From: an uncultured Methanosarcinales archaeon
GTDB taxonomy: Archaea > Halobacteriota > Methanosarcinia > Methanosarcinales > Methanogasteraceae
Assembly (NCBI GenBank): GCA_965369365.1
Contig: CBDUQO010000002.1
Coordinates: forward strand, 1-34,974
Length of the DNA: 34,974 nucleotides
Reading direction: 5' to 3'
In this document: piece after piece, positions 9,084-19,534 of the stretch
Numbering within the stretch: the stretch's first letter is position 1
How the letters are laid out: each line of letters opens with the position of its first letter
Position numbers and translations under genes: made by a program
The notes under the pieces: model-generated
Told to the model about the DNA's origin: nothing
What the model saw: the letters and a program-made list of their open reading frames with translations, nothing else
Database searches by the model: none

Positions 9084-9383
9084 ATTATTCCCGTCCTTCC
9101 ATCACCTGTATATAGTCATTTGCACGTATTAAAAAGTAGTGTGTTAGTCACGTTATGTTGCTGTTTTTTAGACAAACCAGGGGGGGTCAGTTCCCGGTAT
9201 ATTGCATGTACGGAGTTTCTACCACACCCACAATTTAAATACGAATTATATGATATAAATACATCCTGATACACCCCTGCTAACATTCAAGCGCACCCTT
9301 TAGCCGCCTGTATGTGATCTCCCCGAATGCCCGCCCAGTGCACGTGCACAAGGATTGAAAACCGCAGAATCCATCAGAATCAG

Positions 9384-9423
9384 AAAATGCGGGGTGTGCG
9401 CGGCACATAACATACCGCACCCC
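9384..9423 (-). terminator. Hairpin immediately after the scpB stop, followed by TTTT on the minus strand.
   Basis: GGGGTGTGCG (9391-9400) pairs with CGCACCCC (9416-9423). The A-run at 9384-9387 reads TTTT on the minus strand. Confidence 0.4.
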
Positions 9424-9427
9424 AATC

Positions 9428-10492
9428 TCACCTGCGCGGACATCGATTCTGCAACCCTCCCATGATCGCGTCGTATCTGGCGCAGATGCGCTCTATCACA
9501 TCGGCTGACGCATTGCTATGTGTGGGAAACGTGATACTGTCTGCATCGCCCGTATTGAGATAATCCGGCGCCACCATCACGCCGGTTTGCGATATTGTAA
9601 ATCCAAGATCATTTAAGATGTGAGATGCCATTTCCGATGCCGGTTTCACCTTGATGTCCAGTTCCGCATCCATTTTTCTCGATCTTTCGCGATACTTCTC
9701 GTTTAACTCATTTAATTCAGAGATAACCTTTGAAACATCACGTTTCGTGCCGTGCCTACCAAGTGGTTCTGTTGATTGCAGAAGGTCGTCGAAGGTTGTG
9801 GACGCAATCTCGATGATCTCCCCGAAAAAATGCTTCTTAACCTTATCAGAGTAGCCTTTTGAGATAATAAGCGTGTGAACGTCAGTTAATATTGTAAGAT
9901 CTTCGGCAGATGGGTTGTAAGCATTGATCGTGACACACGGCACCCCATAACGGTGCAAAAACGATTCATACATCGGAGTTACACCGATCCGTGACGCCAG
10001 CCTCGCCTTCAGCGCAGTCCGGATCGCATCAGGGTTGTTTGAATCCAGACCAAAGTATTCGGCAAATCCGGGCGTCGTTGTGAGAAGTTTTGTATGTCCT
10101 TCCGGAGTCGATGCGATCAGTCCCATCTCGTTTAAGGTGTGTATGTGCGAATAAGTCGAGTTTCCACGAATTCTCACAATGTCCGATTGTTTTACTGGCT
10201 GGTGGTATGCAATCATCGATAACGTTCTGAGAACTGGTGCCGGCAGTTCCTTTGGGGCAAACGATTTCACATATTCGACATATTCTGGCAGGACTCGCAT
10301 TGAATACTTTGTATCGCTTGATTTCAGGATTTCAATCCCGGATTCTCGATTTCCATACTCTTCGACCAGCTTGTTCATGATCAGGGTGGTTTCATCCACA
10401 GATTCCCCGATTAAGTCACTCAACTGGCTGATGTCAATCGAGCAATCCGAAGCAAACATGGCGGCTTCGAGGATCTGCTTTTTGTTTTTCAC
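9428..10492 (-). CDS. scpB: ScpB-like segregation/condensation protein with a ~190-aa uncharacterised C-terminal extension.
   Basis: The N-terminal ~160 aa read as ScpB: ILEAAMFAS, APVLRTLSMIAYHQPVKQSDIVRIRG, LNEMGLI, TTPGFAEYFGL. I do not recognise the rest. Confidence 0.7.
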   Translation of the reverse strand: MKNKKQILEAAMFASDCSIDISQLSDLIGESVDETTLIMNKLVEEYGNRESGIEILKSSDTKYSMRVLPEYVEYVKSFAPKELPAPVLRTLSMIAYHQPVKQSDIVRIRGNSTYSHIHTLNEMGLIASTPEGHTKLLTTTPGFAEYFGLDSNNPDAIRTALKARLASRIGVTPMYESFLHRYGVPCVTINAYNPSAEDLTILTDVHTLIISKGYSDKVKKHFFGEIIEIASTTFDDLLQSTEPLGRHGTKRDVSKVISELNELNEKYRERSRKMDAELDIKVKPASEMASHILNDLGFTISQTGVMVAPDYLNTGDADSITFPTHSNASADVIERICARYDAIMGGLQNRCPRR

Positions 10493-10666
10493 AATACGGA
10501 CTTATATCATATATCTATTATCACTTTCTGCATGTCCGTCATATCGACCCCCGCAATGATAATTAGTGATAAATATTCATCATACGCCACTCCAAACCGC
10601 AACATTTAAAAGCGATCAATCCGTATATCGCATGTTGCCGCGGAGGGCAACAGAAGGAGGCATTAC

Positions 10667-11464
10667 ATGTCACAAAGTACAGGTTTAGTAACCGAACGAT
10701 ATGATCCGAAAGGCATGCGTGCGCATGCATTCCATTTGTTTTCGTGTGTGACCCTTATCATCACTGGCTGGTACATGGCAAAGCAGTTCAACATGTGCAC
10801 AGTGATGGAAGCGTCAGCAAACGCATGGCAGCTCATCCCGTATGAGACCGTGCGCATGTTTCACATGTTTGCCGCGCTCATCTTCATTATAGCTGTCTGG
10901 ATATTTATTCCATACAACCTGGTTACGAGCGGGCACCTTCTCTCTGAGATATTTTTCATACCAGATGCGATCCAGTTGAAGAACCTGTTTCTCAGTCTCT
11001 TCAAAAAGGCAGAGTATCCAAGATTTGTCATCGTTGACGAGGCGTCGGGGCATTATAAGAACAAACTGCACCCGTTTGTCAAACTGATGGTGATTCCCGA
11101 GAACATTGCGGTCGTCCTGATTGTGATTACCGGTTTGATCATGTACAACCCCGAATTCGCTATCTGGCAGACCACTGTCGAACCGGCGATCCTCATGGGC
11201 GTTGGATATGTATCGACGTTATTCAACATGTCACCGATCGGATTTGTACGTACGCTTCATCTGTGGGCGATGTACTGGTTCATAGTCGAACTCGTGCTGC
11301 ACTTTGGATTCCTTGGAATGGATCCAAGAACCATGAAGTACTTCAAGGCAGTCTTCGTGAACGGCAAGGAAGATATGGATGAATACACCGAGATCATCAG
11401 AGAGCCACACAAAGAAAAGAAGCCAAAGGCAAAGGGAAAACATCCCGTGGTCGTTCTGAATTGA
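10667..11464 (+). CDS. Membrane b-type cytochrome (Ni/Fe-hydrogenase cytochrome b / FdnI / HdrE-like family).
   Basis: Multi-TM protein with His residues placed as in the PF01292-type family: [34 protein letters not shown]....LHFGF. Strong GGAGG site upstream of the ATG. Confidence 0.55.
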   Translation: MSQSTGLVTERYDPKGMRAHAFHLFSCVTLIITGWYMAKQFNMCTVMEASANAWQLIPYETVRMFHMFAALIFIIAVWIFIPYNLVTSGHLLSEIFFIPDAIQLKNLFLSLFKKAEYPRFVIVDEASGHYKNKLHPFVKLMVIPENIAVVLIVITGLIMYNPEFAIWQTTVEPAILMGVGYVSTLFNMSPIGFVRTLHLWAMYWFIVELVLHFGFLGMDPRTMKYFKAVFVNGKEDMDEYTEIIREPHKEKKPKAKGKHPVVVLN

Positions 11465-12702
11465 AAATAAAAGGAAAAGCCTGGATATTCGGAGATGACA
11501 TCAATACCGATGCGATCATACCTGGCAAATACCTGCGCACCACAGATATGCAGGTATTTGCCGATCATGTGCTCGAGGGTATCGATCCTGAATTTGCAGG
11601 GAAAGTAGAGAAGGGTGACATCATCGTCGCCGGCAGGAATTTCGGATGCGGGTCATCCAGAGAGCAGGCGGTGCTTGCAATCAAACATGCGGGCGTCAGA
11701 TGTGTTGTAGCAGCAACGTTCGCACGTATTTTTTTCAGAAATGCAATAAACATTGGTCTGCCGATTCTGGAAACCGGGACGCCGATCTTATATGAGCAGG
11801 GGGACGCAATTGAGGTTGATATCGAGAACGGAATTGTCACGACCGGTGGTTGTAAATATACCGGATCAAAGATGCCCGATTTCCTGCGCGAGATCCTGCG
11901 GGACGGGGGTCTTGTTGCGCACCGTAAGAAAGAGTCCGCAAAGGAGCGGTTTGGCAGGCAGTCAGTTGCATATTCAAAGAGCAGCATTTTAGCGAATAAA
12001 GATCACCTGAACCGGATTGCTGACCTGGTTGCACCGAAGAGATCTGATAAAGTGCTTGATATCGCAACAGGGAATGGATTTTTAGCATTTGAACTTGCAG
12101 ACCGGGTTTCTGAGGTCATTGGGTGCGACATAACTCGTGACATGATTGATACTGCGAAAGGCATCCGTGATGAAAGGAAACTTACCAACGTCACCTTTGA
12201 GCGGATGGATGCTGAATCCCTTGAGTTTGACGATGGGTCGTTTGATATCGTCTCATGTAGATTCGCATTCCACCATTTTACAAACCCCGGAAAAGTGATA
12301 TCTGAAATGGTTCGTGTCTGCAAAAGCGGCGGAACGATCGTGCTCGTGGACGGGCTTTCGTCAGAGGACGTGGCAAAGAGCAAGTACCACAATGAAATCG
12401 AGCAGATCCGTGATCCATCACATGTACGACTGTATCCGCAGTCAGAACTGGAAGGAATGTTTCGCGATGCCGGACTGAATATAATTCACGCAAGAAACTG
12501 GGACGCAGATTTTTATTTTGATGAATGGATAAGTATCGCCGATCCCGGGGACGAAATCGTTGAGCAGATGCGGCGCACGATGATTGATTCGATCGAAGAT
12601 GACAAAACAGGTCTCGATGTCCATTTTGACGCTGACGGGCGGTTGCTTTTTACTTATAATACGATAATTCTGGTGGCTGAGAAACGCGGGATTGTGAAAT
12701 GA
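11461..12702 (+). CDS. Fusion protein: LeuD/HacB-type (homo)aconitase small subunit (aa 1-~160) joined to a class I SAM methyltransferase (aa ~165-413).
   Basis: N-terminal part: [20 protein letters not shown] and [13 protein letters not shown], ending [10 protein letters not shown]. It continues in frame into [14 protein letters not shown]...VLDIATGNG...[13 protein letters not shown]...GGTIVLVD. The TTG start overlaps the upstream stop (TTGA). Confidence 0.85.
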   Translation: MKIKGKAWIFGDDINTDAIIPGKYLRTTDMQVFADHVLEGIDPEFAGKVEKGDIIVAGRNFGCGSSREQAVLAIKHAGVRCVVAATFARIFFRNAINIGLPILETGTPILYEQGDAIEVDIENGIVTTGGCKYTGSKMPDFLREILRDGGLVAHRKKESAKERFGRQSVAYSKSSILANKDHLNRIADLVAPKRSDKVLDIATGNGFLAFELADRVSEVIGCDITRDMIDTAKGIRDERKLTNVTFERMDAESLEFDDGSFDIVSCRFAFHHFTNPGKVISEMVRVCKSGGTIVLVDGLSSEDVAKSKYHNEIEQIRDPSHVRLYPQSELEGMFRDAGLNIIHARNWDADFYFDEWISIADPGDEIVEQMRRTMIDSIEDDKTGLDVHFDADGRLLFTYNTIILVAEKRGIVK

Positions 12703-12828
12703 ACTCCTGACATTGCATCTCGCAGCTTTCATTGGCACACCTTGGGTCCAAACATGATAAAACCCCACTTAAACTCAACTTAAACCTGAAACGTAACCCG
12801 TAACACTCCAAACCCGGAGGAAACAAAC

Positions 12829-14034
12829 ATGACCCCTACCCCCCTCGAAGACTGGATCGTCCAGCTCCGGCGTGAATTTCACAGGGAACCCGAACTGAGT
12901 TTCAAGGAATTTAAAACGCAGGAAAGGATCATAAGAGTCCTGAACGAACTTGGTATTGAGTCAAAGAAGATCGCGGACACCGGCGTCATCGCAACGATCA
13001 ACGGATGTGCGTCGCACCCCTGCATAGCGCTCAGGAGCGATACTGATGCGCTTGAAGTATTAGAAGAGCCGACAGCGCTAAACAGGGAGTATATATCAGA
13101 GAACGCGGGCATCATGCACGCCTGCGGACACGATGGGCATATCGCGATGGTTCTTGGTGCTGCACGCGCACTTCATGAGATGCGCGACAGACTGCCCGGA
13201 AGCGTCAGACTGATATTCCAGCCAGCCGAGGAGCAGCCGCCCGGTGGCGCAGCGCGGGTGATTGCAGAGGGTGGGCTTTATGGGGTGGACGCAATACTCG
13301 GGATGCATATATTTGGTTACATCGATCTTGGGCAGATCGCGTTTCGACCGGGCAGTTTCATGGCAAGCTCAAACGTCTTCTCGATAAAGATCACAGGGAA
13401 AGGCGGGCATCATTCCAATCCCGGAGACTGCATCGACCCGATCCTGATCGCATCGGATTTCATTCGCACCATCACCGATGCGGTGGGGGGTATACTCGAT
13501 CCCGCGAGGTACGTACTTGGAACCGGCAGGATACGCGGGGGTGCGCAGTTCAACAGGACGCCGGATGAGGTGGATATACTTGGAAGCTTCCGCACGTTTG
13601 ATGATCACGATACAGAGACGATCGAGCAAACGATTGAAAAGACGCTTGACGCCCTGATGGAGACCTACAGGAAGGACGATACCGGATGTGTTGCCAACCT
13701 CCCTACGTACGATCTTGACGTACTTCATGGTTACCCGGTGCTCGTGAACGATAGCGCATTTACCGAAGCCGTAGGTATCACACTTGCGAAAACATTCCCG
13801 GATGTCGATTGCGAGGCTAAACCGATCTTTGGATCAGAGGATTTCGCGTTTTACCTGGAGAAGGTGCCCGGCACATACCTCCTGCTCGGGACGCTGAACC
13901 CACAGAAAGGGATCGTTGAGGGCAACCATTCGAGCAGGTTCGATATCGACGAGGCTGTGCTCATGACCGGCACAGAGATTCTACAAACGATCGTGCTTGA
14001 CTTTCTCAATCACCCGGAGGCATATCTGCGATGA
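12829..14034 (+). CDS. M20D-family amidohydrolase (N-acyl-amino acid amidohydrolase / hippuricase-like).
   Basis: Motifs MHACGHDGH, RLIFQPAEE and GSEDFAFY. Confidence 0.88.
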   Translation: MTPTPLEDWIVQLRREFHREPELSFKEFKTQERIIRVLNELGIESKKIADTGVIATINGCASHPCIALRSDTDALEVLEEPTALNREYISENAGIMHACGHDGHIAMVLGAARALHEMRDRLPGSVRLIFQPAEEQPPGGAARVIAEGGLYGVDAILGMHIFGYIDLGQIAFRPGSFMASSNVFSIKITGKGGHHSNPGDCIDPILIASDFIRTITDAVGGILDPARYVLGTGRIRGGAQFNRTPDEVDILGSFRTFDDHDTETIEQTIEKTLDALMETYRKDDTGCVANLPTYDLDVLHGYPVLVNDSAFTEAVGITLAKTFPDVDCEAKPIFGSEDFAFYLEKVPGTYLLLGTLNPQKGIVEGNHSSRFDIDEAVLMTGTEILQTIVLDFLNHPEAYLR

Positions 14035-14483
14035 GAATCGGGGTATTTCATAGATCAATGACCTCTGCGGTGAAGGAACTGGTTCTGGGCGTGCTGAACG
14101 AAGAGGGTTTTGAGTACGACCCTGCAAAAGACTTTGATCTGGATAATGTCGAGGATTATTACCTGCAAAACCGCGGAATATTTTATACCGGGATCGTGGA
14201 CGGCACGATTGTAGGCACGAGCGCTGTGAGATTGATAGATGACGGGATGTGCGAGATAAAGCGCATCTACGTAAGAAAAGACTTTAGAGGAAGAGGTTTT
14301 GGGAGAGCTCTCTTCATTCAGGCTTTAAAATTTGCAGAGGAGAACTATTCAATGGTTGTGCTCAAGACCGATGCACGGCTTGAGGGTGCAATCGATCTGT
14401 ACCGCAAAAACGGATTTTCGGTGGTAAAGGAGGGAGCTGGAGTCATGTATTTTGAAAAAACCGGTTCGGAGATGCGCTTATGA
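14031..14483 (+). CDS. GNAT-family N-acetyltransferase.
   Basis: Acetyl-CoA motif IKRIYVRKDFRGRGFGRAL. 4-nt overlap with the upstream gene. Confidence 0.8.
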   Translation: MRIGVFHRSMTSAVKELVLGVLNEEGFEYDPAKDFDLDNVEDYYLQNRGIFYTGIVDGTIVGTSAVRLIDDGMCEIKRIYVRKDFRGRGFGRALFIQALKFAEENYSMVVLKTDARLEGAIDLYRKNGFSVVKEGAGVMYFEKTGSEMRL

Positions 14484-14809
14484 GAATCTGGGATATACCC
14501 CCCGAGAAATTATGCCGCAACCATCTGCTCGGTGAGCACAGGGAACTTCATGCGATGTGGTCGATAATAACCGGCAACAAGAAAGCGTACGCTAACCACC
14601 CTGAGACCCTGCGCTGGAAGGGGCGGCTGATGGCACTCTACCTGAGGCACGAGAAACTGGTTGAAGAGATGACAAATCGAGGATACAAGCATCATACGCC
14701 GCTTGACGTGAAGCTTGCGACTGGAGACGCCGAACAGACTGAATTTGTTACTCCGTATGAGGAGCAGGTCCGGATCCTTCGTGAACGGTGCTGTGAATGC
14801 GATGTTTGA
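14480..14809 (+). CDS. Pyrimidine-dimer DNA glycosylase-like protein (T4 endonuclease V / Pyr_excise family).
   Basis: MRIW...LCRNHLLGEHRELHAMW resembles the endoV LxxQHLxAEYREL region. Family-level call from memory only. Confidence 0.55.
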   Translation: MRIWDIPPEKLCRNHLLGEHRELHAMWSIITGNKKAYANHPETLRWKGRLMALYLRHEKLVEEMTNRGYKHHTPLDVKLATGDAEQTEFVTPYEEQVRILRERCCECDV

Positions 14810-15092
14810 GGACGCGAGGCGCGAAGTTGCTCCGTCCAAAAATCACGTATGTGTTTAGTGATGCGAAACAACAATGGGATTGACACGAGATGATTGTAGT
14901 ACTATAATATTAATATGTTATTGATGTGTTTGCATTTCACATCCTGCAGCCCCATACGTTCTCGTTGAAATCGGTGTAATATTGTGGTTAGCTTATATTC
15001 CACAGGTGTTTTGTGCTGGTGTTACGTATAGCTGCATCACAAATCCGATACGCTTAAAATGAGAGCACTGCAATAAATGAACGGGTGAATGA

Positions 15093-16301
15093 TTGAAGGC
15101 AGTTATTCTTGCAGCTGGCGAAGGGATGCGGTGCAGACCACTGACGCTCACACGATCGAAGGTGATGCTCCGGATCGCGAACAAACCGATGATCGAGTAT
15201 GTGGTGCAGTCACTTGCTGAGAGCGGCATCACAGACATTCTCATGGTCGTGGGGTATGCAAAAGAGCGCATCATGAATTATTTCGGAAACGGAAAGTATT
15301 TTGGTGTGAATATCGAATATACTGAGCAGAAACATCAGCTTGGAACCGCCCATGCCATAAAACAGGCGAAGAATTCTGTGGACGACGAGTTTCTCGTGTT
15401 AAACGGGGATAATCTTGTCAGCGCAGATACGATTGCCGATATCACTGAGCGACACACCGGAGGCACGTCGATACTGACAACGACCAGAAAGGCTACATCC
15501 GGGTACGCGCTGGTGATTGAGAGTGGCGGGGGAGTTGAGAAGATTGTTGAGGGGCAGATACTGAAAAACATCCACAATATCAATACAGGCGTCTATATCT
15601 TTGATCAGACGATCTTTGATGCGATTGAGGAGACTCTACATGATGATATCAGCGGTGTCAGCGAATTCGGGATCACGGATTCTATACAGCGAATGATTAA
15701 TGCAGGCTACGAGGTACATGCACACCGGACAGACCACACATGGACCGATGTGATCCATTCATGGGACCTGCTTGGCGTGAATGCGATGATCCTTGAGGGC
15801 ATACCTGATTTGGTGCATGGGCTGGCAGACAGCAAAATCGATGGTCGCGTGGTTGTAGGCAAGGATTCGACGATCGGCGAGAACTCTTATGTAAAAGGTC
15901 CTGTCATAATCGGAAGAAATTGTGATATCGGTCCAAATGTGGTCATCGCCCCGTCAACAAGCATCGGCGACAACGTCACGATCGAGCCGTTCACATACAT
16001 CAAGAACAGCGTGATCTTTGATGACGTACATATTGGTTCGCACAGCACCATAAAAAACACCGTCATCGGCGAGAACAATGTCATTGACAGCCATTTCGTC
16101 GTGGAGAGCAGAAGGGATCTGACCGTGGAACTGGACCGGAAGCTATACCATGCAGACGAACTTGGCACCGTAATCGGGGACGATGGCAATATCGGGTGCG
16201 ATGTTGCGGTAACCGCGGGTGCGCTGATTGGGGTGGGGTGCAGGATCGAGGCTGGCACTGTCGTAAGAAAACAGATACCAAGTCATGCGCTGGTGGTATA
16301 G
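15093..16301 (+). CDS. Bifunctional sugar-1-phosphate nucleotidylyltransferase / left-handed beta-helix acyltransferase (archaeal GlmU-type), paralog 1 (TTG start).
   Basis: MKAVILAAGEGMRCRPLT (G-x-G-T/M-R-x-P-L), followed by hexapeptide repeats in the C-terminal half. Confidence 0.85.
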   Translation: MKAVILAAGEGMRCRPLTLTRSKVMLRIANKPMIEYVVQSLAESGITDILMVVGYAKERIMNYFGNGKYFGVNIEYTEQKHQLGTAHAIKQAKNSVDDEFLVLNGDNLVSADTIADITERHTGGTSILTTTRKATSGYALVIESGGGVEKIVEGQILKNIHNINTGVYIFDQTIFDAIEETLHDDISGVSEFGITDSIQRMINAGYEVHAHRTDHTWTDVIHSWDLLGVNAMILEGIPDLVHGLADSKIDGRVVVGKDSTIGENSYVKGPVIIGRNCDIGPNVVIAPSTSIGDNVTIEPFTYIKNSVIFDDVHIGSHSTIKNTVIGENNVIDSHFVVESRRDLTVELDRKLYHADELGTVIGDDGNIGCDVAVTAGALIGVGCRIEAGTVVRKQIPSHALVV

Positions 16302-16395
16302 ATGTGCGGCACAATTTTCTCTCTGAAAAAATTGAATGTTGTCCGGCGTTCCGCTACGCTCCAACCAGACTATCAGGGCATGGTGGTGATCTGAT

Positions 16396-18189
16396 ATGTG
16401 TGGCATCGTTGGGTATCTGGGCAAATCAGAAGCCGCTCCGATTCTCTTTGACCTCCTGCGTCGTCTTGAGTATCGGGGATACGATTCTGCTGGCATCGCC
16501 ATCCTGAACGGAAGTATCCGGACCTCTAAAGCGAAGGGACGTGTCGATAATTTGATATCGATTACCCCTGAGATCGATGGCTGCACCGGCATCGGGCACA
16601 CCAGGTGGGCGACGCATGGAAAACCATCATCCGAGAATGCGCATCCGCACTGCAATTGCACGGATAGCATCGCTGTTGTCCATAACGGGATAATTGAGAA
16701 TTACATAGAACTTAAAGATAAGTTAATCAGTTCAGGGCACAAATTCAAGTCAGAAACTGACTCTGAAGTGCTTCCACACCTGATTGAGGAATATTATGAT
16801 GGAAATCTTGAATCATCGGTGCGAAACGCATTGTCGATGGTTCGCGGGTCTTATGCGATCGCAGTGGTCAGCACCAGTGAGCCTGACCGGATCGTGATCG
16901 CACGAAAGGATAGTCCGCTCGTTGTCGGTTTTGGCAGCGACGGATATTTTGTTGCATCCGATGTTGCCGCCATCCTGAAACACACGAAAGACGTGATTTT
17001 CATGGACGATGGCGAGATCGGCGTAGTAGATATGGATGGGGTTAAAGTTACGACCCTTGACGGAGGTTCTGTCGAAAAGAAGATCGAGACCATAGACTGG
17101 GACCCTGAATCGGCAGAGAAGAGTGGGTATGAGCATTTCATGCTAAAAGAGATATTTGAACAGCCAGCCGTCATTCGGGAGACGCTTTCAGGTCGAATAT
17201 CGACAGACGGGATCGATCTCGATGCTGCGCTGCCGAATGTGAGGCGAATTGTTATCATTGCATGCGGGACATCATATCATGCCGGACTCTTTGGAAGGTA
17301 CGTAATCGAGCGGTTTGCCCGCATCCCTGTCAATGTTGAGATCGCGTCCGAATTCAGGTACCTCGATCCGATCATCGACTGCGGCGATCTCGTGATAGCG
17401 ATCACGCAGTCGGGAGAGACTGCTGATACGCTTGCGGCGATCAGGGAGGCTGGATCAAGGGGCAGCCAGAAACTCGGGGTCGTCAATATGCTTGGCAGCA
17501 GCATAACGCGGGAATGCCAGTGCATACATACGAGAGCCGGACCCGAGATTGGGGTTGCAGCCACCAAGTCATTCACATCGCAGCTTGCTGTGCTGCTGCT
17601 TATCGCAATCCGGCTCGGAAGCGAGCGGCGGATGATCACGACTGCGGAGATGAACGATCTTGCAGCGGGACTTCGGCAGATGAGTGGCAATATCCAGCGC
17701 GTATTAAACGATGCACCCCGGACGCGCGAATGCGCGGAGTTGTTTGCAAGCGCAGACCAGTTCATGTTCATGGGCAGGGGCGCAAACTACCCATGCGCGC
17801 TTGAAGGCGCGCTGAAACTAAAGGAGATATCCTACATCCCGGCAGAGGGATTTGCCGCTGGCGAACTTAAGCACGGTCCGCTTGCACTGATCTATGATGG
17901 GATTCCGGTGGTCGCGATCGCCACAAAGGATGGTGTGTATGAGAAGATGCTCGGCAACATCAAGGAGGTGAAGGCGAGGGGCGCTACGGTCATCGGCATC
18001 GCAAACGAGAGCGACACCGAGATAGAGCGATACGTGGATTATGTGCTCCGTGTGCCCGACGCCGACCCATGGATCGCACCGATACTCTCGTCTGTCGTGC
18101 TCCAGTTATTCGCATACTATGTTGCATATTATAGAGGATGCGAGATCGACAAGCCGAGAAACCTTGCAAAGAGTGTTACAGTTGAGTGA
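16396..18189 (+). CDS. glmS: Glutamine--fructose-6-phosphate aminotransferase (isomerising).
   Basis: MCGIVGY N-terminal nucleophile, two SIS domains, C-terminal KSVTVE. Confidence 0.96.
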   Translation: MCGIVGYLGKSEAAPILFDLLRRLEYRGYDSAGIAILNGSIRTSKAKGRVDNLISITPEIDGCTGIGHTRWATHGKPSSENAHPHCNCTDSIAVVHNGIIENYIELKDKLISSGHKFKSETDSEVLPHLIEEYYDGNLESSVRNALSMVRGSYAIAVVSTSEPDRIVIARKDSPLVVGFGSDGYFVASDVAAILKHTKDVIFMDDGEIGVVDMDGVKVTTLDGGSVEKKIETIDWDPESAEKSGYEHFMLKEIFEQPAVIRETLSGRISTDGIDLDAALPNVRRIVIIACGTSYHAGLFGRYVIERFARIPVNVEIASEFRYLDPIIDCGDLVIAITQSGETADTLAAIREAGSRGSQKLGVVNMLGSSITRECQCIHTRAGPEIGVAATKSFTSQLAVLLLIAIRLGSERRMITTAEMNDLAAGLRQMSGNIQRVLNDAPRTRECAELFASADQFMFMGRGANYPCALEGALKLKEISYIPAEGFAAGELKHGPLALIYDGIPVVAIATKDGVYEKMLGNIKEVKARGATVIGIANESDTEIERYVDYVLRVPDADPWIAPILSSVVLQLFAYYVAYYRGCEIDKPRNLAKSVTVE

Positions 18190-18193
18190 TATC

Positions 18194-19534
18194 ATGAAAT
18201 TCGGATCGAGCGGGATACGCGGAGTTGTAAATACTGAGATTACCTCTGAATCTGCATTATGCATCGGGCGGGCCGTGGGAGCTGAGTACCACGATGTGGT
18301 GGTCGGCAGGGACCCGAGAACATCATCAGAGATGATTGAATACGCGGTGGTCTCAGGGCTGCTCTCTATGGGCGGCCAGATTACGCGCGTAGGCATGGTT
18401 GCAACGCCGACGCTTGCTTACGCGGCAAGGGGTCATGACTGTGGTGTCATGATCACCGCGTCGCACAATCCTCCGGAATACGCCGGGGTCAAGCTCTTCA
18501 ACCCTGATGGGATGGCGTTTGATTCGGGGCAGCAGGAATCGATCGAACGATCGCTTGAAGGGTTAGTCGGAGGTGCACATTCAAAACTAATGCCGTTAAC
18601 GACGTGGGATTGCATTAATCCAGTTAGAACCGACAGAAACGCAGTCTCTGACCACATATCGATGATTCTCTCCAGTACCCGGATCGAGAGGCAGATGTCG
18701 GTGGTGGTTGACTGTGGGTGCGGCGCAGCATCCCTAACGACGCCGTATCTGCTCAGGGAACTGGGGTGCGACGTGATCACGTTAAACAGCCAGCCCGACG
18801 GGTTTTTTCCGGGTCGCAGTTCTGAGCCCAAAGAAGAACATCTCGATGTCTTGCGGTCGGTTGTGCGGGAAGTACATGCAGATATCGGGATCGCACATGA
18901 CGGCGATGCTGACCGGATGGTTGCGGTTGACGACACCGGACGGTTCGTGAGCAACGACAAGCTTCTCGCGTTTTTCGGGATGCGGGAGGCAGAGCGATCG
19001 ATGGTCGTGCCTGTTGATACGTCCATGCTAATCGACGCGGTGCTGCCCGGCGTTACGATAACCCGGACTCGTGTTGGCGATGTGTATGTTGCAGAGGCGA
19101 TAAAACGGACCCTGGCTGACTTTGGCGGCGAAGCGAGCGGAACATGGATATTTCCGAAAGTATCCTACTGTCCGGACGGCATTTATGCCGCAGCCAGGCT
19201 CATTGAGATGATCAGCATGGAAGATGGGCGATTCAGCGATCATATCTCAGCGCTACCCACGTACGAGATAAAACGCGGGGCACTGCCAATGCCCCCTCGC
19301 GGTGGCGCAGGTGCCGGGGGGGTCATGAGCAGGATCGAGGAAGAACTACGCACGGTTCCCGGGTTTACTGACATTAACACGCTTGACGGGGTCAGAATCG
19401 CGCTTGATGACGCGTGGGCGCTTGTCAGACCCTCAGGCACCGAACCCCTGATCAGGATCACGGTCGAAGGTGAAACAAAAGCCGTGGTCGATAGGCTGTA
19501 TCTGCATATAGAAAAAATGATAAAGGAGTTATGA
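18194..19534 (+). CDS. glmM: Phosphoglucosamine mutase (archaeal PGM/PMM family).
   Basis: MKFGSSGIRG, active-site TASHNPPEYAGVK and GIAHDGDADR. The ORF-track start at 18041 lies inside glmS and was rejected. Confidence 0.9.
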   Translation: MKFGSSGIRGVVNTEITSESALCIGRAVGAEYHDVVVGRDPRTSSEMIEYAVVSGLLSMGGQITRVGMVATPTLAYAARGHDCGVMITASHNPPEYAGVKLFNPDGMAFDSGQQESIERSLEGLVGGAHSKLMPLTTWDCINPVRTDRNAVSDHISMILSSTRIERQMSVVVDCGCGAASLTTPYLLRELGCDVITLNSQPDGFFPGRSSEPKEEHLDVLRSVVREVHADIGIAHDGDADRMVAVDDTGRFVSNDKLLAFFGMREAERSMVVPVDTSMLIDAVLPGVTITRTRVGDVYVAEAIKRTLADFGGEASGTWIFPKVSYCPDGIYAAARLIEMISMEDGRFSDHISALPTYEIKRGALPMPPRGGAGAGGVMSRIEEELRTVPGFTDINTLDGVRIALDDAWALVRPSGTEPLIRITVEGETKAVVDRLYLHIEKMIKEL

